Shown: one piece after another, positions 8,183 through 17,080 of the stretch
Layout: each line of letters starts with the position of its first letter
Position numbering within the stretch: position 1 is the first letter of the stretch
Assembly: GCA_024654505.1 (NCBI GenBank)
Contig: JANLHN010000003.1
Coordinates: 167,037 to 231,036 of the forward strand
From: Nanobdellota archaeon
Lineage (GTDB): Archaea > Nanobdellota > Nanobdellia > Pacearchaeales > GW2011-AR1
Length of the DNA: 64,000 nucleotides
Direction of reading: 5' to 3'
Translations under genes and position numbers: made by a program
The notes under the pieces: model-generated
Told to the model about the DNA's origin: nothing
What the model saw: the letters and a program-made list of their open reading frames with translations, nothing else
Database searches by the model: none

Positions 8183-9340
8183 ATGGAAGAGAAGATTCAT
8201 GGAAAGCTGAAGTATCGGGTTGGAGATTTCATCGTTGAAGAAATTGGAGACAACTGGGTTTGTAAAGTAGGGGGAGAATCTAATTTAGTAGATAATTTAG
8301 AGGAAGAAAGAGATTTTCTTTGGTGTGAAATGGAAAAAGAGGATATAGATTTTTTTCAAGCAATTAAAGAACTTTCGCAAAAAATTGGTAAAGATATAAG
8401 GGATATTGGCTATGCTGGGACTAAAGATAAAAGAGCTTTGACTTCTCAAAGAATTTCAATATTTAAACCAGACTTAGAAAAAATCAAAAACTTTAAACAT
8501 CCGAATATCACTTTGAAAAATTTTCGATGGAATAAGAGGAAAATTAAACTGGGTTATCTTGAAGGAAACCATTTTAAGATTGTTATTCGGGATGTGGATA
8601 AAAAAGATGCAATGGTTGTTGGGAAGAAAATAAAGGGAATGGGTTGGTTTCCAAATTATTTTGGAGCACAGAGATTCGGTTCTCTTCGTGGAAATAATGT
8701 CCATATTGGAAAGTTAATATTAAAAAGAGATTTTGAGAAAGCTGTTTGGGCTATTTTAACAGATATTTCTGAAAATGAGAGGTCTGAAAGTAGATTTGCT
8801 CGAGAAAAATTGAAGAAAGAGAAGGATTTTTATTCTGCCGCAAGATATTTCCCACATCATTTGAGATTGGAAAAACAAATTTTGTTTTGTTTGTCTAAAA
8901 ATCCTGATGATTTTGTTGGAGCAATAAAAAGGGCAGATAGAAAAAATATGTTAATGTTTGTCAATGCTGTTCAAAGTAAGGTTTTTAATGAAATTTTAGA
9001 GAGAGCTTTAGAGAGAGGACTTGATTTTACTCAAAAAGGTCAGCAAAGTTGTCTTTTGCCAGGGTATAAAACAAGATTTTATGAGGGCCCACTTGGGGAA
9101 ATTGAAAAAGAAGTCTTGGCAGAGAATAATTTGGAGTTAAGTGATTTTGATGTTAGAGAGATTCCTTATTTAAGAATTAAAGGTTCTTTTAGGAAGGCGA
9201 TTACAGAGATTAAAGATTTAGTTGTTTCCGTCGAAGATGATAAGGATTTTCCAGGTTCAAAAAAGATTCTATTAGAGTTTAGCTTACCTTCAGGAGTTTA
9301 TGCTACAACTTTCTTAGATAATTTTTTTAAATTTGATTAA
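8183..9340 (+). CDS. truD: tRNA pseudouridine synthase TruD/Pus10-unrelated Pus7 family (tRNA Psi13 synthase)
   Basis: The conserved TruD motif YAGTKDKRALTSQ (GTKDKRA, containing the catalytic Asp) is present. The start was trimmed to MEEKIHGK at 8183. Confidence 0.7.
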   Translation: MEEKIHGKLKYRVGDFIVEEIGDNWVCKVGGESNLVDNLEEERDFLWCEMEKEDIDFFQAIKELSQKIGKDIRDIGYAGTKDKRALTSQRISIFKPDLEKIKNFKHPNITLKNFRWNKRKIKLGYLEGNHFKIVIRDVDKKDAMVVGKKIKGMGWFPNYFGAQRFGSLRGNNVHIGKLILKRDFEKAVWAILTDISENERSESRFAREKLKKEKDFYSAARYFPHHLRLEKQILFCLSKNPDDFVGAIKRADRKNMLMFVNAVQSKVFNEILERALERGLDFTQKGQQSCLLPGYKTRFYEGPLGEIEKEVLAENNLELSDFDVREIPYLRIKGSFRKAITEIKDLVVSVEDDKDFPGSKKILLEFSLPSGVYATTFLDNFFKFD

Positions 9341-9370
9341 TTTTATAAACTATGATTCCTTTTTTAGTTC

Positions 9371-9847
9371 ATGAAAGATTCTGTAAAGGTGGGACTAGGC
9401 TTTGGTTTGACCTCAGGTATTATTACAACACTTGGTGTGATGATTGGTCTTGATGTTGGGACTGGACTCAAACTAGCTGTTATTGGGGGTATTCTGACCG
9501 TCGCTATTGCGGATGCTTTCTCGGATGCTTTGGGGATTCATATCTCTGAAGAATCCAATAAGAAAAATAGTCACAAGGCAATTTGGGAATCTACTATTGC
9601 CACATTTTTTACGAAGTTAATTGTTGCTTTGACGTTTGTTATTCCAATCCTTTTCTTTAATTTGAAAAGTGCGATAGTTATTAATCTTGTTTGGGGATCT
9701 CTTCTTTTGATTGTTTTTAATTATTTTCTTGCTAAACAGCGAGGAGAAAGCCCTATGAAGATTATTATTTCTCATTTAGGAATTGCGATAGTAGTAATAA
9801 TTTCAACGTATTTTGTGGGTAGATTGATTGCAACATATTTTGGATGA
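9371..9847 (+). CDS. Integral membrane protein (possibly VIT1/CCC1-like C-terminal domain)
   Basis: 158 aa with 4-5 hydrophobic helices. GLTSGIITTLGVMIGL...AVIGGILTVAIADAFSDALG resembles VIT-family repeats. Followed by a GC hairpin CCGCGTC-CGAA-GACGCGG at 9870-9887. Confidence 0.45.
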   Translation: MKDSVKVGLGFGLTSGIITTLGVMIGLDVGTGLKLAVIGGILTVAIADAFSDALGIHISEESNKKNSHKAIWESTIATFFTKLIVALTFVIPILFFNLKSAIVINLVWGSLLLIVFNYFLAKQRGESPMKIIISHLGIAIVVIISTYFVGRLIATYFG

Positions 9848-10009
9848 TATTATAAAAAGGGATCGAACCGCGTCCGAAGACGCGGCCTGATACTCTTAAA
9901 AAATATAATGTGTTTTTAAACCTTGTGTTGAGAAAGATTAACCTAAAGATGTGAGGTGACGCACAAAAATAAAACGCCCCTCTAAAAGTTAAAATAATTT
10001 AAAGAAAAT

Positions 10010-10072
10010 TTACTTCTTTTTCTTCTTCACTACTTTTTTCTTTTTTACTGCTTTTTTCTTTTTTGCTGCCAT
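10010..10072 (-). CDS. Micro-ORF encoding a 20-aa lysine-rich peptide (MAAKKKKAVKKKKVVKKKKK)
   Basis: ATG is preceded by GGAGGTTGAAAA, a strong SD at ideal spacing. A second, similar micro-ORF lies 500 bp away. Confidence 0.25.
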   Translation of the reverse strand: MAAKKKKAVKKKKVVKKKKK

Positions 10073-10254
10073 TTTTCAACCTCCTTTTGTTTTAATTATT
10101 AGAATAATTATCACTTGTAATCAATGTATCTTTAATTTATAAACTTTGTTAAAAAAATAATTTAGAAAATATTTTATAAATAATGCAAAAAATTAATCTC
10201 CGTCGGTGAATTCTTAATTATCAAATTTGCCTAAATTATACACTAAATATTTTT

Positions 10255-10413
10255 TTATTTTTTTATTTTTCCTCTCCAAATTAAAAAAATTGTTGCAATT
10301 AAAAAAATTCCTGATCTAATAAACCAGAGAGAATTTGTTGTTAAAAATCCTATAACGGCAAAGATTAGTGAAATAATCATAAAGGCAATTGAAAGTCCCA
10401 TTTCTCTTTCCAT
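10255..10413 (-). CDS. Small membrane protein (52 aa, two hydrophobic segments)
   Basis: Hand-translated sequence MEREMGLSIAFMIISLIFAVIGFLTTNSLWFIRSGIFLIATIFLIWRGKIKK. It falls below the 60-aa cutoff of the ORF track. Confidence 0.3.
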   Translation of the reverse strand: MEREMGLSIAFMIISLIFAVIGFLTTNSLWFIRSGIFLIATIFLIWRGKIKK

Positions 10414-10534
10414 ATTTTTCTTAATGTGATTGATTATAAAAATTTAATGTTTTTAGATTAAATTGTGGAGAAGCGATAATAAATAAAAAATAAATGGTTC
10501 AAGGATGAGCTTGATAAGGTGGTAACAAGAGAGA

Positions 10535-10573
10535 TTACTTCTTCTTTTTCTTGGCCTTCTTTTTTGCTGGCAT
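10535..10573 (-). CDS. Micro-ORF encoding a 12-aa lysine-rich peptide (MPAKKKAKKKKK)
   Basis: ATG is preceded by GGAGGTGTTTAAA. It is paralogous in style to the 10010..10072 micro-ORF. Confidence 0.2.
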   Translation of the reverse strand: MPAKKKAKKKKK

Positions 10574-10743
10574 TTTAAACACCTCCAAAGTTTTTAAATA
10601 GGGTCGCAAAACCTTTATCATTTTAAGTATTAAAAGATTATAAATGTATGTTTTATTTTGGTGTTTGGAAAATTTGGATTGGTTTGGGTTATTACATACA
10701 TTTCAAGACAGCGACGGAGAATTTGTTTTTTTGTTTTTTGGAT

Positions 10744-10829
10744 AAATCCCCGGCCGGCTCACAATTGGTGTACTTCTGCTGAAGCAAATCGAAAGTTCGA
10801 TTCCGATATATTAGAATCCCCCCGGCCAG
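10744..10829. repeat. Imperfect direct repeat of the tRNA-Tyr 3' end region (AATCCCCGGCCGG at 10744 and AATCCCCCCGGCCAG at 10814), with an inverted T-loop-like fragment (AAGTTCGATTCCG) between the copies
   Basis: Same architecture as downstream of tRNA-Gly and tRNA-Val. Confidence 0.5.
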
Positions 10830-10887
10830 AATCGAACTGGCACATATCGGGCTACAGCCGAATGTTCTACCATTGAACTACGGAGGG
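10817..10887 (-). tRNA. tRNA-Tyr (anticodon GTA)
   Basis: Reverse-complement fold. Acceptor CCCTCCG/CGGGGGG (one GU pair), discriminator A. D-stem GTTC/GAAC. Anticodon loop CTGTAGC. T-arm GCCAG-TTCGATT-CTGGC. 71 nt. Confidence 0.75.
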
Positions 10888-10945
10888 TTTGTCACCTACG
10901 GAATTCTCATGAAACGGCTATGCCGTTACTTTGAACTACGAAGGG
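10888..10945 (-). repeat. 58-nt unit upstream of tRNA-Tyr. It consists of a copy of the tRNA 5' 15 nt (one mismatch) plus the conserved hairpin module
   Basis: On the minus strand the unit reads CCCTTCGTAGTTCAA + AGTAACGGC-ATA-GCCGTTTC + ATGAGAATTCCGTAGGTGACAAA, then the real tRNA 5' end CCCTCCGTAGTTCAA. The 22-nt core GAAACGGCTATGCCGTTACTT is identical to the one in Gly unit 2. Confidence 0.8.
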
Positions 10946-11021
10946 TTATAATTTAACCTAGAATAGGGGATTTTTAAGGGTTGTGGGTTAGATTATTAAA
11001 CCTACTTCTTCTTTCCTAATT

Positions 11022-11864
11022 ATGGTAAGAGTACGTTATAGCTTCGGTTCGAGACACACCGGACATATGGAGAATATTCAGAAGCAGAGGGTAAAATATC
11101 CTCGAGTGATGAAAGAAGTTATTGACATCTCGGAGATTGTTCTAGAGATTCTTGATGCACGTTATATAGATGAGACTAGGAATATTGATATTGAAGAAGA
11201 TTTGATTAAAAAGGGAAAGAAAATTATTTTTGTTTTAAATAAAGCAGATTTAGTTGATGTAAAAAAAATTGAAGCAGAACTTCCAAAAGATTTGAAGCCA
11301 TATGTTTTTGTTTCGGCTAAGACTAAACAAGGTTCTAGAGATTTAAGGGAGAGAATTAGAATTGAAGCTAAACGTGTTGAGTTGCCCGAGAACATGAAAA
11401 GGGTTCATGTAGGGATTATAGGCTACCCAAATGCTGGAAAGAGTTCTATAATTAACTTAGTTACTCGAAGGAGTGTTACTGGAATCTCTAAACAGGCGGG
11501 ATATACTAGAGGGATGCAAAAGGTTAGGATGACAGATAAGATATTAATATTAGACACTCCAGGAGTTATTCCGGACTCAAAATATTCTTCCTCGGCAAAG
11601 GCTGCTTCTTCTCAAGATGCAAAGGTTGGAGCAAGAACCTATAGTCATGTTAAAGATCCTGAAGATGTTATTAATTACTTAATGAAAGATTATAGCAAGA
11701 CAATTGAAAAATTTTATAAAATTGATGCTGAGGGTGATGTCGAGATTTTAATTGAAAAGTTGGGAAAGAAAATGAATTATCTAAAGAAAGGCGGACAGAT
11801 TGATTCGGATAGAACTGCTAGATTAATTTTGAAGGATTGGCAGGAAGGCAAAATAAGAATTTAG
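11022..11864 (+). CDS. Circularly permuted GTPase of the YlqF/RbgA (MMR1/HSR1) family, ribosome-biogenesis GTPase
   Basis: G4 (FVLNKADL) precedes G1 (GYPNAGKSSIIN), then G3 (DTPG), which is the permuted order. The N-terminal HTGHM...LDARYI matches the RbgA PGHM...DAR motif. Confidence 0.8.
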   Translation: MVRVRYSFGSRHTGHMENIQKQRVKYPRVMKEVIDISEIVLEILDARYIDETRNIDIEEDLIKKGKKIIFVLNKADLVDVKKIEAELPKDLKPYVFVSAKTKQGSRDLRERIRIEAKRVELPENMKRVHVGIIGYPNAGKSSIINLVTRRSVTGISKQAGYTRGMQKVRMTDKILILDTPGVIPDSKYSSSAKAASSQDAKVGARTYSHVKDPEDVINYLMKDYSKTIEKFYKIDAEGDVEILIEKLGKKMNYLKKGGQIDSDRTARLILKDWQEGKIRI

Positions 11865-11902
11865 TGGGCCTTCCTAATTGACCTCTAAGAAGTTGTTTTA
11901 AA

Positions 11903-12046
11903 TCATCTCCTAGCAATCCAACCCCCACCATGAGCTTCCCAATCGGCTCCACCCATAACAGCATCTACCGCCCTTACTACTTCATCTCCGGTTCGTCTCC
12001 CCGAAGTGCTCATGTCGTCATATAACACCTCTATTTTTACTATCAT
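11903..12046 (-). CDS. Small GC-rich ORF (47 aa) with strong SD
   Basis: GGAGGTAAAA lies upstream of ATG. Hand translation gives MIVKIEVLYDDMSTSGRRTGDEVVRAVDAVMGGADWEAHGGGWIARR. GC is ~47% against a ~33% background. Not in the ORF track because it is under 60 aa. Confidence 0.3.
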   Translation of the reverse strand: MIVKIEVLYDDMSTSGRRTGDEVVRAVDAVMGGADWEAHGGGWIARR

Positions 12047-12193
12047 TTTTACCTCCTTAACGATGGGAAGTCTTTTTTCTTTATATAGAATCGTAGATTT
12101 GAAAGTATATTTGAGAGGATAATTTCCTTTATATAGCGATTTACTTTCAAGGAGTACAGAGTTATTTGAAAGTGGTAAATGGATTATTTGGAC

Positions 12194-13006
12194 TTATTTG
12201 AAGCTCTTGCTTATCCCTTCTTTCCAGAAACTTGGGAGAGGATTAGAAATAAATCCCCTGAATTCTCCCGAATAAATGTAGGCAAGACCCCTGTCGGGGT
12301 TATATTTTTCAAACTTTTCTTGAGCATCTGAGTACATTTTCTGTATAATCTTCCTCTCAAACTCTTTTTGGAGAAGGGATGACTTCTTTAGCACTAAAAA
12401 ATCTGCTTGTCTTAAGATATTAACTTCTAAATTTGAAGAATTTTGGGAAATAAAGAGAATGTTGAGATTTTTATGTCGAGATATTAAGATAAGTTGGCTG
12501 AGCATTTTGTTCGCATTACTCATTGAACTTCTTGAATTAAAGGTTATTCCCCCCTCATCAATAAGTACCCAAGAATCATTTTCTAGTTCTGAAATGTCTG
12601 AAACTATTTTTATCCAGGATGGAAATTCTTCTGATTTAAATCCCAGAGCAAAACACTTTTTTTTAGATTTTGTGTAGATATTTTCTAAAAACTTTACTCC
12701 AATTGCTGTTTTTCCAGAGCCCCTGGCCCCCAAGATAAGTCCTATTTGGCTATCTGATTTTGTAATTTTATCAAAGAAAGTTTTGTAATCCCCATCAATA
12801 GTTTCAATAATCTTGAAGGGAGAATATTTATATCCTATAGAATCTCTTTTTCTTTTTATCTCCTTCTCTTGAGAATCTTTTGATTCTTTTTCAATTTGTC
12901 TTATTTTTCCTTTAATAGCATAATAAGGGAGTTTTATAGTAAATAAGGCTCCTTTTCCTAAGTATTTCCAGAATATTGAATGTTTTTTCTTTTTTCTTTT
13001 TTCCAT
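12194..13006 (-). CDS. P-loop NTPase (Walker A GARGSGKT, Walker B LIDEGG), possibly a Zot/packaging-like or KaiC-like ATPase
   Basis: Walker A and Walker B motifs are clearly present. Lys-rich N-terminus. No further family-specific motifs recognised. Confidence 0.5.
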   Translation of the reverse strand: MEKRKKKKHSIFWKYLGKGALFTIKLPYYAIKGKIRQIEKESKDSQEKEIKRKRDSIGYKYSPFKIIETIDGDYKTFFDKITKSDSQIGLILGARGSGKTAIGVKFLENIYTKSKKKCFALGFKSEEFPSWIKIVSDISELENDSWVLIDEGGITFNSRSSMSNANKMLSQLILISRHKNLNILFISQNSSNLEVNILRQADFLVLKKSSLLQKEFERKIIQKMYSDAQEKFEKYNPDRGLAYIYSGEFRGFISNPLPSFWKEGISKSFK

Positions 13007-13028
13007 GGTTTTGGTAGAAGATTATTTG

Positions 13029-13955
13029 CTAGGATTTATTCTGAATATATTGGTAGGCAAAGTAAGATGCGGTGACACCTTCGGCTACGCCAGTTATTGC
13101 TTGTTTGAATTCTGTGTCTATAACATCTCCGGCGGCGAAGAATCCAAGAATATTTGTTTCAGAGTTTCTATTAACTTTAACCTCTCCTTTCTCGTTTAAG
13201 TTTACCTTGAGTTGTTTTGCCAAATCACTAAGGGGGATGTGACCAATTTCAATGAAAACCCCATCAAGCTTAAACTCTTTACTTCCATTATAGGGTTTAT
13301 CCAGAACAACATGGTCGAGTTTTCCCTCTCCAACTATTTTTACAATGTTGGTGTTGTTTATAATTTTAATATTTTTAGATTCCTTAATTTTCTTTCCATT
13401 TACTGGTTCTGGTCGAATTGATTCTCCTCGATAGATTATATAGACTTTTTCTGCATGTCTTGAGAGAAGGAGTGCCTCTTTTGCTGCGCTGTCACTTCCC
13501 CCAACAACACCGAGGATTTTATTTTTATAGAAAGGAGCATCACAAAGAGCACAAGTATGGACTCCCCTCCCCATCAATTCTTTTTCTCCTGGAACTCCAA
13601 GTTCTTTTGCCTTTGTTCCTGTTGTGAGGATAACTGTTTTTGCTTCAAAGATAGATGTTGATGATTCTGCTTTGAAAACCTCTCCTTCTTTAGAGATTCT
13701 ATCAATAAATTCTCCTAAAATTGTTATGTCATACTCCATGGCGTGTTCTTTGATTTTGTTTGCCAATTCCGTCCCAGTTAGATTCTTGAATCCAGGATAG
13801 TTTGAGACCTCATCTGTTTGAGTTATTGTTCCTCCCTCTAAATCACCGACGACAATTGTCTTTAGATTGAATCTTGCAGAATACATCGCTGTTGCTAATC
13901 CCGTCACCCCAGTCCCAATGATTAAGACATCACAGGAATAATTTTTCTTTGCCAT
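13029..13955 (-). CDS. trxB: Thioredoxin-disulfide reductase
   Basis: FAD-binding N-terminus CDVLIIGTGVTGLATA. Redox-active CALCDAPF (CxxC). NAD(P)-binding GVVGGSDSAAKEAL. Confidence 0.85.
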   Translation of the reverse strand: MAKKNYSCDVLIIGTGVTGLATAMYSARFNLKTIVVGDLEGGTITQTDEVSNYPGFKNLTGTELANKIKEHAMEYDITILGEFIDRISKEGEVFKAESSTSIFEAKTVILTTGTKAKELGVPGEKELMGRGVHTCALCDAPFYKNKILGVVGGSDSAAKEALLLSRHAEKVYIIYRGESIRPEPVNGKKIKESKNIKIINNTNIVKIVGEGKLDHVVLDKPYNGSKEFKLDGVFIEIGHIPLSDLAKQLKVNLNEKGEVKVNRNSETNILGFFAAGDVIDTEFKQAITGVAEGVTASYFAYQYIQNKS

Positions 13956-14014
13956 TTTTTCTTTGAAGTTAGGTAATTCGCTAGATTTATAAGTTTTAGT
14001 GTATCTTGTGAACT

Positions 14015-14770
14015 ATGGGATTTTGGCCAGTTGTTCTAAATGTTCTTAGGAACTCAGATGTTGTGCTTTTATTAGTGGATGCTAGGATGCCAGAGCTAAC
14101 AAGGAATTCTGAGATAATCAAGAAGGTTGAAGCGATGAAGGGAAAACGATTGGTTTTGGTTTTTAATAAGTGTGATTTGGCTAGTAAAAAAGATTTAGAT
14201 AAATTGAGGGAAGATTATCATGGGGCCTTTTTTATTTCTTGTACTAAGAAGAAAAATGTAAAAGAATTAGGGGATTATTTAAGGAATTTGGCAGATAACT
14301 GGAATAGTTTAAGTCTTCGTGTTGGTCTTGTTGGTTATCCCAATGTTGGGAAGTCCGCTTTGATAAATATCTTGGCCCCTATGGCAAAAGCAAAGGTTTC
14401 TCCTGTTTCTGGAACGACAAAGAAGACACAATGGGCTCGAAATGGAAACATTAGGATAATGGATTCTCCGGGAGTTATTCCCTTTGGAGATAGGAAGGTT
14501 CAAGTTGGAATGTCCTCGGCGAAGGACCCTCATAGAATTAGAAACCCTGAAAAAGTTGCATTGAGAGTGGTTGAGTTTTTAGACGAAAGAAATGACGGAA
14601 CCCTTGGGAGATTTTATGGCGTTGATAAAAAGTTAAAAGGTTATGATTTATTTTTGGCTATTGGAAAGAAGATGGGGTACTTGGTTAAGGGTGGAGAAAT
14701 TGATGAACATCGAACAGCTATTAAGATTTTGATTGACTGGCAACAAGGGAAGATTAGTTTGAGGGGTTAG
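14015..14770 (+). CDS. Second circularly permuted GTPase (YlqF/RbgA family paralogue)
   Basis: G4 (VFNKCDL) then G1 (GYPNVGKSALIN) then G3 (DSPG). The C-terminus GGEIDEHRTAIKILIDWQQGKI parallels GGQIDSDRTARLILKDWQEGKI of the 11022 paralogue. Confidence 0.75.
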   Translation: MGFWPVVLNVLRNSDVVLLLVDARMPELTRNSEIIKKVEAMKGKRLVLVFNKCDLASKKDLDKLREDYHGAFFISCTKKKNVKELGDYLRNLADNWNSLSLRVGLVGYPNVGKSALINILAPMAKAKVSPVSGTTKKTQWARNGNIRIMDSPGVIPFGDRKVQVGMSSAKDPHRIRNPEKVALRVVEFLDERNDGTLGRFYGVDKKLKGYDLFLAIGKKMGYLVKGGEIDEHRTAIKILIDWQQGKISLRG

Positions 14771-14814
14771 TTTACTATATAAATAGATTTAAACCCTTTT
14801 TATTTTTAGATTTT

Positions 14815-15591
14815 ATGAATTTTAGTCTAATAGATTTGTCCCATATTCCTGGAAGGGAAGATTCCTTAAAAAGTATTCAGAGATATATGCACCACATCAC
14901 CCCTGTGATGTATTATAGGACCAATCTTCTAACCCACTCAAGGAGGGTTTCTGGACATCTTGAGGAGGCAGTAGAGGATATCCTTTCTGTCCATCCAGGA
15001 TTTGATGTGGAACTTGCTAGAACTTTGGCCCTTGTTCATGATGATGCAGAAATAATAACGGGAGATGTTCAACTTATTGATAAGGAGGGAATGACTAAAG
15101 AACAAAAAAGAGAACTCTGGGTGGCAGAAGAAGCGGCGGCGGCAGAATTGGTTAAAAGATATGGTCCTAAGATAAATGGGTTAGATTATGCTAAATTATT
15201 AGAGTTGGTTGGAACTAAAGAAGTTATAGAAGCTCAATTCGTTTCTTTTTTTGATAAATTCGATGGTGGGGGAGAGGCGTGGCATGAAGTTTGGGCTGGA
15301 AATGAAAGGTTCTTGCTTCCCGCCGGAGGACATCATGGGAGAAGTGGAGGATACGTCAGAAGATTAAACGCTTTTTTAGAGACATATCCGGCGATGAGAG
15401 CTTTTTTTAAAGAATTTCCAGGGTATCTCCCCGAACCTTTTGATTTTAAGTCTGCCGCAAAAACTGGGAAGCCACACACAGTTGATTCTTTAAAAGAAGA
15501 TAGTGGTTTTCCTCCTTATGAAAGATGGAAGAAAAGTGTTATCAAAAAAGAAGGAACTTCGAATCTTACAACCCGAGTAGAGTTTCCTTAA
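14815..15591 (+). CDS. HD-domain phosphohydrolase (YfbR-like 5'-deoxynucleotidase family)
   Basis: THSRRVSGHL ... LALVHDDAEIITGD matches the H...HD...D metal-binding pattern of YfbR. The gene is GC-richer than its neighbours. Confidence 0.6.
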   Translation: MNFSLIDLSHIPGREDSLKSIQRYMHHITPVMYYRTNLLTHSRRVSGHLEEAVEDILSVHPGFDVELARTLALVHDDAEIITGDVQLIDKEGMTKEQKRELWVAEEAAAAELVKRYGPKINGLDYAKLLELVGTKEVIEAQFVSFFDKFDGGGEAWHEVWAGNERFLLPAGGHHGRSGGYVRRLNAFLETYPAMRAFFKEFPGYLPEPFDFKSAAKTGKPHTVDSLKEDSGFPPYERWKKSVIKKEGTSNLTTRVEFP

Positions 15592-16967
15592 CGTCTTCCT
15601 CTTCTGTTAGAAGTGTTTCTTCCACCACCCCTGAATCCTGTTCTTGGTTTTGAATCTCTATTTCTATTATGACTTGGTCTTCGATTATCCGAGTCTGAGC
15701 TTCTTCTTGGAGGACCTCTTGGTCCTCTGCCATCTTGTGTAGGTCTTCTTGGGGGGCCTCTACTTCCTCCAGATCTTGGTGGTCCTCGAGATCCGCCCCT
15801 TCCACCCCTCATAGGTCTTCCCCTTTCTCTTGGGGCTTCCCATTTGACAAAGATTCTTGGAAATTGTGGAGTCATTTCTCTCTTGATTATAACTTCTGGA
15901 TTATGTCTTTGAAAATTTGCAAAGTTATCATAGTCTCTACTAGTAATTATGTTAATAGCTATCCCTTCTTTTCCTGCCCTTGCTGTCCTACCTATTCTGT
16001 GGATATAATCTTTTGAGTCTGATGGAATGTCATAATTATATATATGTGAAACTCCTTCAATATCTAAACCTCTTGCGGCAACATCTGTACAAACCAAAAT
16101 ATTTACTTTAGAACTATCAAATCCTTTCATAACCCTATTCCTTTTTGATTGTTCCATCCCTCCATGAATTACTTGTGCACTTATTCCATTATCGTTGAGA
16201 TTCTTTGCAACAAAATCCGCATTTCTCCTAGTGTTACAGAAAATCATAACTAGGTGTGCTTTTTCATGGTTTAGTAAATGAACTAAAAGAGAGAATTTTT
16301 CGTTGTCTCGAGCATCATAATAAATTTGTTTTAATTTTGTTGCATCAACATAATGTTTTACTGCTACTTCTGTGGGAGATTTCATATATTTTGAGGAGAA
16401 ATCTGCTAACTCTGAAGATATAGTCGCTGAAAAAAGCATTGTTTGTCTTTTTACTGGGCAGGCCTTTACTATTTTCCCCACATCATCTTTGAAACCCATA
16501 TCCCACATCCTATCTGCCTCATCCAAAACAAGGAAATCTACGTGGCTGAGGTCAATTGACTTCTGACTCATATGGTCTAAAAGTCTTCCTGGTGTGGCCA
16601 CAACGACTTCGGCAGTAGTCAACCGTTTTATTTGATGGTTTATTGAAACTCCACCATACACTGGAAGAACTTCTAATCCCTTATGGTAAGCAAATTCTTC
16701 AATTGCCTGAGCTACTTGTTCTGCTAATTCTCTTGTAGGTGTTAAAATTAATGCTTGGACTCCTTTTCCTTTCTGAACGTTTTTGATTATTCCAACAGCG
16801 AAAGCAAGAGTTTTTCCAGAACCCGTTGCCGAACCGGCTATAATATCTTTTCCCTCTAAAATTATTGGAATTGCTCTCTCTTGAATCTCGCTTGGCTTCT
16901 CAAATTTCTTCGCAGAGATTACTCTAATAATATCTTCGCTTATTCCTAACTTCTTGAAACTTTCCAT
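15588..16967 (-). CDS. DEAD-box ATP-dependent RNA helicase with C-terminal RGG/RG-rich tail
   Basis: Q-motif region, AGSATGSGKT (motif I), PTRELA, LDEADRM (DEAD), SAT, ARGLD and HRIGRTAR are all present. The C-terminus is RGRPMRGGRGGSRGPPRSGGSRGPPRR. Confidence 0.9.
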   Translation of the reverse strand: MESFKKLGISEDIIRVISAKKFEKPSEIQERAIPIILEGKDIIAGSATGSGKTLAFAVGIIKNVQKGKGVQALILTPTRELAEQVAQAIEEFAYHKGLEVLPVYGGVSINHQIKRLTTAEVVVATPGRLLDHMSQKSIDLSHVDFLVLDEADRMWDMGFKDDVGKIVKACPVKRQTMLFSATISSELADFSSKYMKSPTEVAVKHYVDATKLKQIYYDARDNEKFSLLVHLLNHEKAHLVMIFCNTRRNADFVAKNLNDNGISAQVIHGGMEQSKRNRVMKGFDSSKVNILVCTDVAARGLDIEGVSHIYNYDIPSDSKDYIHRIGRTARAGKEGIAINIITSRDYDNFANFQRHNPEVIIKREMTPQFPRIFVKWEAPRERGRPMRGGRGGSRGPPRSGGSRGPPRRPTQDGRGPRGPPRRSSDSDNRRPSHNRNRDSKPRTGFRGGGRNTSNRRGRR

Positions 16968-17080
16968 TTTATTATTCTAGAAAAATCTTGAACGCGAATC
17001 CTCACGACTTACGTCCAAGGACTCTGACCGATTTATCTATCTGTATATAATTCATCCTAGAAGTGGCTTTATAAAACCTC

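Noticed and set aside
10658-10876. Plus-strand ORF 10658..10876
   Set aside because: It overlaps tRNA-Tyr and its repeat scars, with no coding features.
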